From the NCBI RefSeq assembly GCF_009834535.1, contig NC_045732.1, positions 15,438,001 to 15,502,000 of the forward strand: a stretch of DNA of 64,000 nt, read 5' to 3'. The position numbers and the translations under genes were made by a program. The DNA is from Camelus ferus. Lineage: Eukaryota. The notes under the pieces were generated by a model. It made no database searches. It saw nothing but the letters and a program-made list of their open reading frames with translations, and had not been told where the DNA came from. Below are positions 35,926 to 48,679 of this stretch, one piece after another (positions within the stretch are counted from its first letter, which is position 1; every line of letters starts with the position of its first letter).

Positions 35926-37412
35926 TTATTTACCATGACTCATCAGCTTTGATGTGACCAGTTCTGTGATCATTTCCACTTTATTTGTCCTTTCTTTGGG
36001 GTTGCATCAGATTTTTAGTTTAATTTTCCATTGTATAAGATCATATTTATCACAGAGGGCTTTTTCTTGTCAAACAAATAAACAAAACAAAAAAAGAATA
36101 AATCCAGGTTCATGGAAACAGGGGCAAACTATACTCGACTGTTAAGCAAATAGTGTTTTTTTTCTCGAGTATAATGAGTAAAAAATATCAAGAAGGCATT
36201 TAGGTCAATAAATTTTGCTGCTGCTTCTTATTAAAAAGTAGCTGGAACAGTAGAAAACAAACTCTGAGCAAATGGCTGCGTTTGTGTAAATTCACTTTTC
36301 AAAATATTCTAGCATGGTCCTGGGTCTCAGAAATGGATTCTGTGTACAGAGTGGAATCAAGGACATCTGTCAGTCCACGTGTTTTTACTCTCTGGTGCTC
36401 TAATGGGTACTCAGAACAATCTGATGTCATTGGGACTTCACACTGGTTTTTCCTCCTGGAAAACCTCTCCAAGGCTGATGTCCTTCCCTGTAATTCAAAA
36501 CGATAGGTGATGTTGAATAGTGTTAAGTGGAGATGGGAGAAGAGAACTATATCCAAGAACACTGCAGCGTATCTACTTGAGCAGGATTGAGCTATCTGGG
36601 GCATTTTGCATATTTAAAAAAAATTAAAAGGAAACAAACTGCACTTGGAAATATAAACCGATTCAAAGAATATATGCTATCCATCTTAGAGGGGAAGAAA
36701 AAGAAATCCTTCTGGTAATTACTGCAGGAGAAATCTCAACTGATTCACTGGAGTAATGAAATGGTTATTATGAGTAACATAAGTCAGAGCTGCTAGGAAA
36801 AATGGAATCTTAATGAGTAGAGTGTGTTTGTAAAGAATGAATCACACACTACAAAAACAAAAATTTGTTTTGGAGCAATTAGAAAATTAGGGGGCAAAAA
36901 AGAACATCTTTAGGATTAAAATTTTTTCCCAGCTTTACTGAGATATAACTGACAAACACTGTGTATATAACGTGTACAATGTGATATTTTGACATACATT
37001 GTGAAATTGTTACCACATTCAAGCTAATTAATATATCCATGACTTCCCAGAGTTGCCATTTTTGTGTGGTGGGGACACTTAAGCTTTACTCTTACTATAT
37101 TTCAAGTGCTATACAATACAGGATTGTTAACTATCATCAATCTGCTGTGCATTTGATCTCCAGAATTTATTCTTTATACTCTTTGATCAACAGTTCCCCA
37201 CTTCCCCCACCTCCCAGCCCCTAGTAATACCATTCTACACTCTGCTTTTGAGTTCAACTTTTTTAGATCCCACATATGAATGAGATCATGCAATATTTGT
37301 CTTTGCTGTGTCTGGCTTATTTCACTTAGCATAATGTCCTCTCTGTCATCTATGTTGTCGCAAAAGGCAGGATTTCCCTTTTTTAAGGCTAAATAATATT
37401 TCATTGTATATA

Positions 37413-38319
37413 CAGTTGACCCTTGAACAACATGGGGGTGAGGGGCACTGACCCCTGTGCAGTTGAAAATCCATCTATAACTTTTGACTCTGCCCCCAAA
37501 CTTAACTACTANNNNNNNNNNNNNNNNNNNNNNNNNNNNNNNNNNNNNNNNNNNNNNNNNNNNNNNNNNNNNNNNNNNNNNNNNNNNNNNNNNNNNNNNN
37601 NNNNNNNNNNNNNNNNNNNNNNNNNNNNNNNNNNNNNNNNNNNNNNNNNNNNNNNNNNNNNNNNNNNNNNNNNNNNNTATTTATTGATACAGTGAGTTTA
37701 CATCATCTGTTTACAAGATGAATTATCTGTCAGTTCCTACATCAGAATTGTCTTATATGGTACAAAATACTGTAGATATTATATATATTACTAACAGTCG
37801 CCATTAAAATGAAAAGATAATGTGAAAAAGAAATTCATATTTATTTATAGGTGTAGCGATTCATGCACTGATAATGAAGAAGCCACAATATGGTTGCTTT
37901 ATGGTTGCCTTGTGCAGTTGATACATTGCTTCCATGTGGTAGCTTAGCCTAAACACTAATGAATGAGTCATTATAACATTTTTGTGGCATAAGGTATAAC
38001 AGTCACATTCATAACATAGCACTGGGAGCATTATTACATTTAAACACTTGTGATGATAGGCTCACGCACGAGAGAGAGGGAGAGACAGACAGAAGACAGA
38101 CATACTGTACGGTAAGTTTTTGAAAGCAAAGTTATAAAGCAGTAAGAAGACTAACATACTCAATTTTAGATTGAAGATACTTTATACCTATGTAAGGTAT
38201 ATCTCCTCCAATACAAATCTTGCACACAGTATTCTACATGTATATTTTTGTATGTTTATTGAAAACAATAGCATATAAGTGGACTCATGCAATTCAAACT
38301 CGTGCTGTTCAAGGGACAG

Positions 38320-38322
<3 letters not shown>
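37413..38322 (-). mobile_element. Tigger2-family (TcMar) non-autonomous DNA transposon
   Basis: TIRs CAGTTGACCCTTGAACA ... TGTTCAAGGGACAGCTG; TA at 37411-37412; ~910 bp including an N-run. Confidence 0.9.
37512..37677. other. N-run (166 nt)
   Basis: Undetermined bases inside the Tigger2 element. Confidence 1.

Positions 38323-38358
<36 letters not shown>
38321..38358. repeat. (TG)19 microsatellite
   Basis: Perfect dinucleotide run starting at the Tigger2 right end. Confidence 0.95.
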
Positions 38359-38361
<3 letters not shown>

Positions 38362-40543
38362 CACATTTTGGTTACCAATTTGTTTGTCGACAAGCACATA
38401 GGTTGTTTCCATATCTTGGCATCTTCAAGATCTTAATTCACTTTAGGGTCAGTGCTTTTTTTTGAAGCTCAAGTGTATGTAGAACTGCTGTGTACCCTGT
38501 CTTCACCCCATTCCTCACTGTTCCAACACTTCACCCCAGAATAGGTCCCTTTTCATTCCCATAGTACCTTATTTTTTGTAGCACTAAGCACTTTTTTAGT
38601 TATTACTATCTTCAAAAATTTATTATGGTGAAGTGTATGCATACCAGGAGGGTGGGACTCATTGGGGAGTCACCTTAGGGTCTGTCTTTCACAGGGTCTA
38701 ATCCTTAGCAGCATTTCAAAATAAGGTCCAATGTTTCAAGTATGAACACTTCCAAGTAATGATTTCATAAACAAATTATCATGTAGAACAAGGGGCCACA
38801 CTTTTATTGTTGCTTGAGAAGATGCCTTTGAATCTATTTTTCTTTTTCTTGAAACACAAATGATAAGATGCCTCAATAAAAGACCTAACTTGGTACCTCT
38901 ATTCCAACCACAGACAGGGATTTAAATTTAGACACTAATTGTAGTTGAATAGACTATCAAAGTCAAGCTTAAGAATAACGATTGCTTCTAAAATTTCCAT
39001 CTTTCTTACATCCTTTTGAACCTGAAATATTTCTTCTGTGCTTTGAGCAGTAGAAAAAAATGATTTCCTTTAAATTTCAGTCATTTATTGTACAGTCACC
39101 TGAGAACATTTAGAAATTTGCTCCTCTAAACAGAAAAAGAGGCAGCCCTACCTTTGACACTGATAAAGCGGGTATCTCGGTTGAGATGCATTATACAGAC
39201 TTAGAGTTGATTTCGGGTTTGCTTGCCCTGATTGCAAAGAGTGGCAATTGAAATGGTATTGAAGTTTTATTGCAAGTGCACACACATCCAGATCACAGGG
39301 AACCATTTTATTTTTATATTTAGACTACTATCCAACAATTTAGAAGATGGATCTTATCTAATTTTATTCAGTGTGTTCTTTCTGAGTGCTATAATAGGCT
39401 TTTGTTTGCACGCAGGCACCTAATTAAGAGAGGGGGAAAAAAATCTGTTGTTAAAATCAGCTGGGAATAATCAGAATGATCATTCCGAGGCTCATAAATA
39501 TTACATGAGCAATATGGGTGCATTTGTAATATATAACTGTTTTCCAGTTCCACTTAAAACTTTTTGTTCTAAAAGTCTCCAAGCCCAGGAGAAGATTGGT
39601 GCTTTAAATTCTTAATCACAAGAAGAGCTCACGGGATTTCTATTTGCAAAGGTTTGGTTTATTTGTATACTTTCAAGGATTATTACAAAAACTAACATGT
39701 TATTGCTGCAGCCATGTGTTTAGTCTCTCAGGACATAGGAATCTAGTGTGGCTTACCCAGAGTCCCAAGGAGATGCCTGCATTTGCTGGGATATTTCACC
39801 ACCACCTGTGTTTTGTACCTTAATCTTTTGATTGCCCCCTTTTGTTAGGTTCCATTGCCTTTGGAGAACTTGGAACAATGGGATATGTTTACATAAATCT
39901 TCAAAAAAGATTAAGTCAGATCAGAGCTCTCATTCAAATTTTTATCTGGAATTCCTGAAAAGAGATGCAAAGGGAAAATAAATTCATGGTGAAGAGATTT
40001 ACTTAAAGGAAGAGGAAGATTAGAGCCTCACTTGAGTTCTCTTTATTGCTCACTTCTTGTCCCCACTCTCTGGCATGGTGGCCTCCTTGTGCCCTGGGAA
40101 AGCCCTTCAGCATTATTGCCCCTCAGGGAGCTGCCTCCTCTTGGTGGAGAATGAGGGGGTAGAGGGTGAGGAAAAGAGCCTTTAGCGACCCTGGAGGTTC
40201 AAATACACAACCAACGGATACTGTGTTCCAAAAAGGTCCTTGTTTTTTTGCAAATGTTACAATTCATCCATTTAAAAAACAGGATTTTATTCCAACCATA
40301 CTTTAATTTTTTTAGTTTGCCAAGAATGCTTTAACCGAGAAGAATAAAGTTATTTCTTTGTCTTTTCTTCCCCCAAAATTGGATTTTTCAGGTAACAGTT
40401 AAATGGGGCACCTACAGTAGATATATCCCTATCCTAGGCATCGTGGTCATTAAACAAATGGAGAAGATGTGAGTACCATGTCTTTCCCATAGCTTGTAAC
40501 CAAATCAGGGACTGTGTATGGGAGTTCTAGTTATGTGTCTAGA

Positions 40544-40781
40544 CTGGGATTTCTCAGCCTCGGTACTATTGACTTTTGGGGCTGGGTAATTCTTTGTGGT
40601 GGGAGCTGTCTTGTGCATTGTAGGATGTTTAGCAGCATCCCTGTTCCCCCACCCCTAGATGTCAGCCCTATTCTCCCTGCCCCAACCTCCAAGTTGTGAT
40701 AACCAAAAATGTCTCCAAATATTGACAAATACCACCCCCAGGCAGGGGGAGGATAAAATATTCCCCGGTTCAGTCCCACTG
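40544..40781 (-). mobile_element. MER20 hAT MITE
   Basis: TTTCTCAGCCTCGGTACTATTGAC, GTGCATTGTAGGATGTTTAGCAGCATCC, TGATAACCAAAAATGTCTCCA. Confidence 0.9.
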
Positions 40782-41360
40782 ATCTCAAGAAACCATAAGG
40801 AATGGAGATGGGGAGTACCAAAAAAAAAAAAGGTTAAGCAAAAATAAACATTTATTTAAAAATGAATATGTTCTATAGATCAGAGTGTCTAACTTGAGCC
40901 AGAGACATGTATTGTACACTCAGGGATCTAATATTAGAATTTTTGTAAAAACAAAGCTCTGCCTCTTCATATGTTCTTAGAAGTTATTTTTTCATTCCAT
41001 CTGTTTTTGTGATGCAGTCATTTCAAAAGCCACAGTGAGTCTAAAGGAACATATTTGCTTGCCCTTTAATTTAGTTTCAAGCAGGTATTTGTGAATAAGT
41101 CTGAGGGCAAAGAGTGTGATGATGTATCGAGTCCTTGCTTGACAACATTTTCATGTGTAAATTTTTCTTCGTTGAAACAAGAACAAAAGCTCTTGACTGG
41201 AGTCCAGTTATTCTGGTTATTTTGTGATGAGTAGGTTTCCTGTTTTGTTTTTGTTTTCTATAGAGTGATTATATACTAACAGCAACTGCACGGGAATAAA
41301 ACCCAAAATCTGAGGCAATGAATTTAAGATTATTGGTCTTTGCAAGTAAGACCTATGTTA

Positions 41361-41461
41361 GGGGTGGGGGGAATAGCTCAGTGGTAGAGCGCATACTTAG
41401 CGTGCATGAGGTCATAGGTTTAATCGCCAGTACCTTCATTAACAACAGCAACAACAAAAAA
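41361..41461 (+). mobile_element. tRNA-derived camelid-type SINE
   Basis: GGGG...TAGCTCAGTGGTAGAGCGCATACTTAGCGTGCATGAGGTC...CCAGTACC followed by an (AAC)/A tail. Confidence 0.9.
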
Positions 41462-41485
41462 AAGTAAAGCCTGTCTTTACATAAA

Positions 41486-41695
41486 CAAGTGCTTCTCAAC
41501 TGGGTTGTTTTGTGCCCCCAGGAGACATTTGACAGTATCTGGGGATTTTTGACTTTGAAAATGGAGTGAAGGGTTGCTATTGGCATCTGGTGTGTAGAGG
41601 TCAAGGATGCTAAACATCCTACAATGCACAGCAGTCTTCCATAACAAAGAATTCTCCACCCCAAACATCAGCAGCACCAAGGTTAAGACACCCTG
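41486..41695 (+). mobile_element. MER20 hAT MITE
   Basis: GCTTCTCAAC, CCCCCAGGAGACATTTG, GGATGCTAAACATCCTACAATGCACAG, AAGGTTAAGACACCCTG. Confidence 0.9.
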
Positions 41696-42075
41696 GCCTA
41701 TATATTTGGGAAAGGAAGGCGTCATCACATAAGAGGACTTGAGGGTCAGAGGAAAGTTATTTTTCCCCCCAAATTCCTCCCCTACTAGCTTATGGAGTTC
41801 ATTCCTTTGAATCTAGCACAGACCTCTCATTCTCTTCTTTTGAAAGGCAGACAGTCTTGGAAGAGGTAAGATGTTGAATTGCTAAAATGTAGTCAGAACC
41901 CTCAGATGGTTTGTTCTTATGGTGAGAAGATGGTGGAACAGAGCAAGTATACAACTTTGGGGACTGTTTGGGAGTGGAAGAGGTCTTTGAAATGAGGGAG
42001 AAGTGGCTGAAAGGGGCAATGGAGTCTGTAAGGTTGGATTCTATTTGTTGCTTCATTGTTTTCCGAAAGATTCTT

Positions 42076-42221
42076 ATTTTTTAAATTTATTTTTATTATT
42101 TTGGGGAGGGAAGTTATTAGGCTTATTTATTTTTTTATGTTTAGATGGAGTACTGGGGATTGAACGCAGGACCTCATGTGTGCTAAGCATGCACTCTACC
42201 ACTTGAGCTATACCTTCCCCT
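42076..42221 (-). mobile_element. tRNA-derived camelid-type SINE
   Basis: GTACTGGGGATTGAACGCAGGACC...GCTAAGCATGCACTCTACCACTTGAGCTATACC is the reverse complement of the SINE head; T-rich tail upstream. Confidence 0.9.
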
Positions 42222-42266
42222 CTTCAGGAGCATTCTTAAATGCACGAATACACACAATGGCAAAGT

Positions 42267-42296
42267 GTATTCAGCGGTGTGTGTGTGTGTGTGTGT
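42267..42296. repeat. (TG)n microsatellite
   Basis: GTGTGTGTGTGTGTGTGTGT read directly. Confidence 0.9.
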
Positions 42297-44219
42297 ATAG
42301 GAGTTTATTTTAGAGTAAATCTAAAAGATGATTCCTATAAAATGGGACTTCTATGCTCGCTAGTTCAGATAATGAGTGATAATGGGGCATATTCACCCCG
42401 ATAACTCAAGCACCCCAAAGTTTACATTTAGCTCATAGACTTCTAGAAGGCATCAAGTCTGTAGGAAGCTCTGTGCTTAGTCCTTCATTTCAGTTTTGTG
42501 TCTATGTTCTTTCTTTTCATTATGGCATATTTAATGCCATATGTCTGCTCTGAAGTAGGCCCAGAATAATTTAAAATACTGGTATCACTTTAAAGAAATC
42601 CTTTTTCCCCAGTCCCTTTTCCACTTAAGACTCCAAAATACTTGCAACAGCTCTTCTTTTTCTCTCAGAACAGCTTGAATATGTGGTCTTTGGACCTTTT
42701 GTTTTTCCCCTGGATTATGCATTTTGTCTTTGTACAGAAATGTTTCTCACTGCTAAGCTATAATTCTTTACAATGAAGGTTGGCTTTAATTAAGAGTTTA
42801 GCAGAGTCTTTCAAAAGTATCTGAAGATCAAAGATGATCATCAAGACTGTCACACTATGGTGTGGTACTTTAAGGCACAACTTTCCTTAAAATTTGGGTT
42901 TCCTGACATCTGTTTCTTCACAGTGGCATACTGTAGCACTTTAATTTTTTTTTTTTTCAGTCACAGATCAGCCTGGAAGAGGTCCCAGAGAAATGTAATT
43001 TTGTCATCCCAATCTTTCCCACTCTCGCCTAGGTCCTGCTATCTTTATATTCTTTAGGTTTCCCATTTTCGTTGCCAGTGAGCTGTAAATAGAGTTCAGT
43101 CTTCAACATTTCAGACTTTTCCCCCCACCAACAGGTGCAAGGGAAGAGTCTACTTTTCTTGGAAAATACGCCTTCAAACTGAAACATTGAGAATTGAAGA
43201 CAATGAATTTTTGATTGCTCTTTCACCAGTTAGATGTTTAAACATGCAGTTATTTGAAGTATTAAGAGAAACTTAATACTTTGATTTGTTAAAATCTCAC
43301 TGTCTGTCACCGTATATTAATGTATTTATCCTTCTTGGTCATTTGAAGGCTTTTACCCAATAGCAATATCAACACGTCTTCTGATTTGGCATCTGTCATA
43401 ACCGGGGACCATCACGGACTTGGACTAAAAGTGTGGGCAGAATTATTCACTTATGTGGGTAAACATCAAATTGCATTTGAAATGTCCAGCACTCCAACTC
43501 TGATGTTCATTATGGTGTGGCTGATATACTAGAGGCTGGAAGTGGTCCTCAATTAAATTTCACTTTTGATAAATGCATCAAAGCTATTTTTCAGAATCTT
43601 TTGGCAGTGTTACTTTAAAATTATGTTACTGAGTTCTATTTCATACTCAATAATAGGACTTTAAATTTTCCCCCAAATGTGCCAGGTATCAAGATTCAGT
43701 TATTTAGATAGGCTCTCCATTTATAAAAACAAACAGAAAAAGAGCAGACAGTGTACCTAGAAAATGCAATTCCATTAGTTAGTGCATTGATTCTGTAATG
43801 TAATACGCCGCCTCTTTGATAAATTATGGAAGTTGCCACATTGCTGTCAGATGACGAGGGGAAAATTAAGAAAATGCATTTAAATATTTGTTTCTGGTAA
43901 ACTGGAAAACTATAAATAGTGTGCTTTACAGAAAATTCCCTCCCCAGATGCCCTTTTGGCTCTTCCTCACTGCCTTTGTGAAGAAAGTAAGTAAGGATTG
44001 ACCATCATGTTCCCAGAGTGGTGGCAATTAGGTTAAGACAGTTTTCTGGGTAAGAAATGATTGTGACTTCAGAAAGGGCATCTATCATGCTCCTCTTTCA
44101 TCTTTTTAGTCTGGCAATAGATATAAACATTTAAAATATATGCAGCAAATAGAATGAAATTTCTTCTGAGGAAAACAGTGATGTTTCCTTTTATATATTT
44201 ATTTGTTGTTGCTGTAAAT

Positions 44220-44335
44220 TGTAGAGCTTTTGAGAGGCCATAGGGAACGATTTAGTCATCTTTTTTCAGCCATTGCATATCACAGTGCCTGGCACATAGT
44301 AGGGGCTTAATCAATATTCATTGAACAAATGAAAA
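44220..44335 (+). mobile_element. L2 3' end
   Basis: ACAGTGCCTGGCACATAGTAGGGGCTTAATCAATATTCATTGAACAAATGAA. Confidence 0.8.
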
Positions 44336-44344
44336 CTTATTTTA

Positions 44345-45000
44345 GGGTGTCAAACAAATATCCATTGCTTATTGTGTCCAGCCATTCTGCAATGAATTTG
44401 GGAGGGGTGGGGGGACAAGAGAATGTAGTAAAATTTGATGTAGTTCTGGCTTTCAAGGAGATTTCAAGGTAGTTGGGAAAATAAGATATACATATACAAA
44501 AAGCAGTACTTGAATAGATGCTCCTGGGATATAAACTAAAAATGTCATAGGAACATATAGTCCTTGAAGCTCTAAGAAGTCTGGGAAGGGTGATTACTGC
44601 ATGAAAGAAAAGTGGCTTGAAATAAAACTTTATAAATGAGGTGAACAGAAGTGGTGAATATTCTAAATGAGGTTGAGGGGGATAAGTTCTACTGCCTGAA
44701 CAAAGATGGCATAGAGAATTAATTTGGGGTGCAAACAGTGAAGGGATTAAACTATTTGGTAGTGTTTGGAAACATTTGCATTTGAATCTGAAATACTGTG
44801 TGATGGAAAGTCTTGCAAGTATGACATGAAGATGGTGTTTAACAATAGTCTAGACATAGACTTCAGAATAGATGGAAACTGAGCAAAATCAGATTTAGGA
44901 ATATTGATTATGAAGGTGTTCCAGTAATACAGTTCTAAAGAAGGACTGAAAGAATATCTCCTTGGTATTTTGGATTTGGAAGAACGAGTACAAGGTTAAA
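44345..45000 (-). mobile_element. L2 fragment (old)
   Basis: TATCCATTGCTTATTGTGTCCAG...CTGGCTTTCAAGGAG and a purine-rich continuation typical of antisense L2. Confidence 0.5.
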
Positions 45001-45037
45001 TGGGAGGTAAAAACTGTTGTCATATTTCCTAACATGC

Positions 45038-45470
45038 ATATATTAGTCAGCTATTGCTGCAGTAAAGCTGTGTAACAGATCACCCCCAAACTTAGTGGTT
45101 TATAACAATAAGCATTTACTTTTCTTGCTTATAAGTCTTTGGGTTGGCTAAAGTAGCTCTTTTTTAGGCTGCAACTTAGTGGGGCTTGGTTCCATGTTTT
45201 GGAGCCCATGGACCAGGCTTTGAACTCCAAGTTTCATATCTACAGCATAGATCTCATGGGGTCGAGGCTGAAGAGACAGAGGCTACCTAGAACATGCTCT
45301 TCTCATGGCCATCATAGGACAAAATATACTTAAAACTTCTGTTAGAGTTATGTTCCTTTGGTCAAAATAAGTCACATAGCAAAGCCCAAGTCAATGGGGT
45401 AGGGAGGTATATACTCCAAATAGAAGGAAAGTTAAGTGAGTATTTTCTAAGCAATAATCCAAGCTTTCAA
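45038..45470 (-). mobile_element. MLT1 (I/J-like) MaLR LTR
   Basis: TATTAGTCAGCTATTGCTGC, CCCCAAACTTAGTGG, GGTCAAAATAAGTCACATAGCAAAGCCCAAG. Confidence 0.75.
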
Positions 45471-45499
45471 AACTGGTATAATTTTTTTGAAATGCATCT

Positions 45500-46170
45500 G
45501 TACAGGTCATTCAAGTGGTTCCCTACTGGTATAAAGGTCAAACTTCTTAGTAAATAGAGTTCTTCATGATCTGCTCATAATCACATCCTTGTTCTGCTAC
45601 GTTCCCACAACGATCTTGCCTTTTGATCCCAATGACCTATCTGCACTTCCTCATGAAATTTTATGCCTCCTTTTCACATATTGTCCCTTTCTGCCTAGGG
45701 TGCTCCTCCTCTCCTTTCAATCCTTCAAGTCTCAACCTAAGGATTGTCTTCTCTCAAAGGATTTTCTGACCTCCTTGAAAGGCCATGATTGATGCTGCTA
45801 ATCTTTATTCCCTGGTACTTTATGCATAACTCTGTCACAACACCTATCACATTTTAATGCTGTACCCTAGAGGTTGGACATGTGGCTTATCCATCCATAA
45901 CTCCCTCATGTGTGTTGACTGAATGAGGCTAGGATACTGGTGTTAACTTTAGAAGGAATTGGAAACTTGGGAAGCAGAACCAAAGGTTGTCTTTGTTTTA
46001 TTTTTGTTGCTGTTTTTGTATGGGTAGATGAGGGACAAGAAAATGAAGTTTTCCCTTTGGACCTTTTCAGGTTTGAGATGAAGACAGGATGTCCAGGTGG
46101 CTCTCCATAGCTGAAAGTGTGGGGCTGAGGCAAAGGTCTGGGATAGAAAATCCATTTTGGCAACCATCTG
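45500..46170. mobile_element. L2 remnants (plus-strand ~45500-45850, minus-strand ~45900-46170)
   Basis: TCCTTCAAGTCTCAAC...GGATTTTCTGACCTCC; AGGTTTGAGATG...GGATGTCCAGGTGG. Confidence 0.5.
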
Positions 46171-48679
46171 TATTAAAATTGTACTGAAATCTTCACTATG
46201 GGTATATGGTCTTTTCTGCCTAATTGTCCTCTAAATTCCTGTTTTTGAAAATTCTGCCATAAAAGGAGATTTTTTAAAAAGCTTTTTTGTGGTTAATCCA
46301 TACATCATATCTAAATCATAGGAAATGTGTGATTGTTCATACTCAGAGGAGAAATGATTGTTTCATCAACTTGACATATCCTATCTCCAAAACTTTTATT
46401 TCTTAGTGGTGATGAAAAGGCATGCAAACTTTGAACGCTTCTTTAGGAAACAACTTCTCTTTCCAAACAGCTGGCATCAGGAACAGCTGCACAGTCAATT
46501 AAAAAACTAGTTGACTAATGCTTTTCAGTCATGGGAAGATGTTTTTCCTTTTTTTAATAAAAAAGAGAAATCTGCGTTGTTGTTTTTTAAAGCAGGGATA
46601 GCTCAGGAGCCCTACCTAAATGGGCTATGAGTCTTTGTATAATTTCATATGTCTGTGGGACCCACAGTAAATAATAGTTGATCATGTGACCACTGGTGTA
46701 TACGGATTTCATCTAGAAAGCCCTTACACATGCTGCTTCTGAGACCTTGGGAGATGGTCGCCTGTGGAACTGCCCCAAGTACCACATCACTTTATCCCGG
46801 GTGTACATTTCCTGCCTCTATCCACGTCTACAAGGCTCCCTTGAGAGTTGTCATATTTGTCCATAACCTGCCATTCAATCCAAAAGCAATAAAGACATCG
46901 CTAGCTGCACCAGACCAAAACTGAATGGGTCAGCTTTCTCTATGATAAGTGTTCCAAAGAAACTCAAAGAAGAGATCCAGAAATGACCCAACCCCATAAA
47001 TTAACATAGAGTTTGAATCCTGAAATGTTAACATTAACAATTAAATCAGAAAACTTTCAGATTGAATAAATGTTTCTTAGCAACTGACAAAAGAACGTAT
47101 ATGAAGACTAATAACATTGGGTGTATGGCAGCTATCCCCTGAAGATATCATTAAAGCATATTTGAAACTTGATGGGGGAAGTGATAGAAGTTACTGACAA
47201 ATTCACCCCGGCAAGATGAGTTCGTACATGCAAAGTGATGTGTGCACCTGTAACAATCACATGGGAACTGGGTCTGCATCACATCAGAGACTCAAAAGGC
47301 AGAAAGCAAATCTGAATGGGAGATTACAGAGAGAGGCAGAGGAAGCAATTAGCAAATGGAGCACACCAGCTCCCCCAACTAAAAACCTCTTCTTCAAATG
47401 ATTATGAGCATCTGTGCATGCCGTTGATGGCTGTGTCTGTCTTTGGAGCCCATCAGTGATATTCAGAAAGTGGTAAAGAGAAGCCTTTCCTTGTCAACAC
47501 TCAGAGCACATCCTGAGAAGATGGTCTATGCTTTGAATTCTCTTCTACTCTTTGAGAAAAAGAACTCAACTTTTACTGACATTTAAAAGGTCCATGTTTG
47601 AGAGTTAAGCTTGAAGTGATAAAATGATATACCTCCTCAGATTTATTATTTTTGAATTACACCAAATCACATTCCAATGATAGTTTTAAAAACCCACTTT
47701 ACTTTTTATCTTACCTACTTGAGTTCTTTTACCATCTCTGCCCTGCCCTCTCTCTGCTCCTACCACAAGAAATCTTTTCTGTAGGTTTTTATACAAGTTT
47801 GGATTATTTTTCTCCAATTAATTTGACATAGAGCAGAGCTGTGAAAATATCTGTGAAGGTTTTGAGTTACATAGAGATAAAGTGACACATAAGACCAAGA
47901 AGCATGTTTGACTTACAATTCTTGTTTTAAAATATCTCCAGAACAGTGATTAGAATTATGCAGGCAAAAATGAAGTCCAGTAAGAGTCTAATAAAAGGCA
48001 ACTTTGACATCAGTATATAGCAATGTTTAACAGAAGAAAAGTTCAATATCAGAATAGACTGGAAATGGATGGTTTGCTTGTAGAGAAACTGTCAAACAGG
48101 ATGCTGAGTCCAGCTTGTTCTGAGCATCCTCTGCGCGGTCCTTCCTGACCACAGTAGCTGCCTTGGAGTGTTTTCCTTGCCCAGAACATTCTTCCCTCTC
48201 TTCCCTTCTTCAGATTATGATCCCAATTTTCAAGAGTGAGATTGGGCATCGCCCTCCCCTGGAAAGTCTTCCCAAACTGGATTTTGTGTCTTTTTTCTCC
48301 GAGGCCTTAGCACCTGTCTCTCAGAGCTTAGCACCCTTAGCTGCTTGTCACGCTGTGTTATTCTTTCCTCACTTGTGAGCCCCTTCCCTAAAAAATTGTG
48401 TCTCGTTTCTCAAACCCCTAGCTTCATGAAAATTTGTTGAATAAATGGTTCTGTAAATCTTACTTTTCTGCTTGATACAGTTTGTAACTCATTGCATGCA
48501 TTTAGAAAACTGACATGAATCTATTTATAGTCTTTGTGTCTCTTGCCCAGTGTGAATATTCATGCATTTAGCTGCAGAAATACAAGTATGCTCGATTATC
48601 AGGTGCTCTTCTAGACTCTGCTGATGGGTTATGTGATAAATGGTATATGTACTGCTCACCTTTCTCAAACAGAAGAATG

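Larger units (their letters stand above)
36922..38422 (-). mobile_element. L1MA-type 3' UTR, split by Tigger2
   Basis: CAGCTTTACTGAGATATAACTGAC, AGATCCCACATATGAATGAGATCATG, TTCACTTAGCATAATGTCCTC; resumes after 38322 with ATCACATTTT...GGTTGTTTCCATATCTTGGC. Confidence 0.9.

Noticed and set aside
28759-42221. Four tRNA-like heads as tRNA genes
   Set aside because: No complete acceptor stem; each has a SINE body, A-rich tail and TSD-like flanks.
42940-43000. Strong-looking T-tract splice acceptor at 42960
   Set aside because: Only a weak donor follows and the peptide is not meaningful; T-run plus CAG is frequent.
46468-46489. Paired CAGCTG E-boxes 16 bp apart
   Set aside because: Two 6-mers alone are insufficient evidence.
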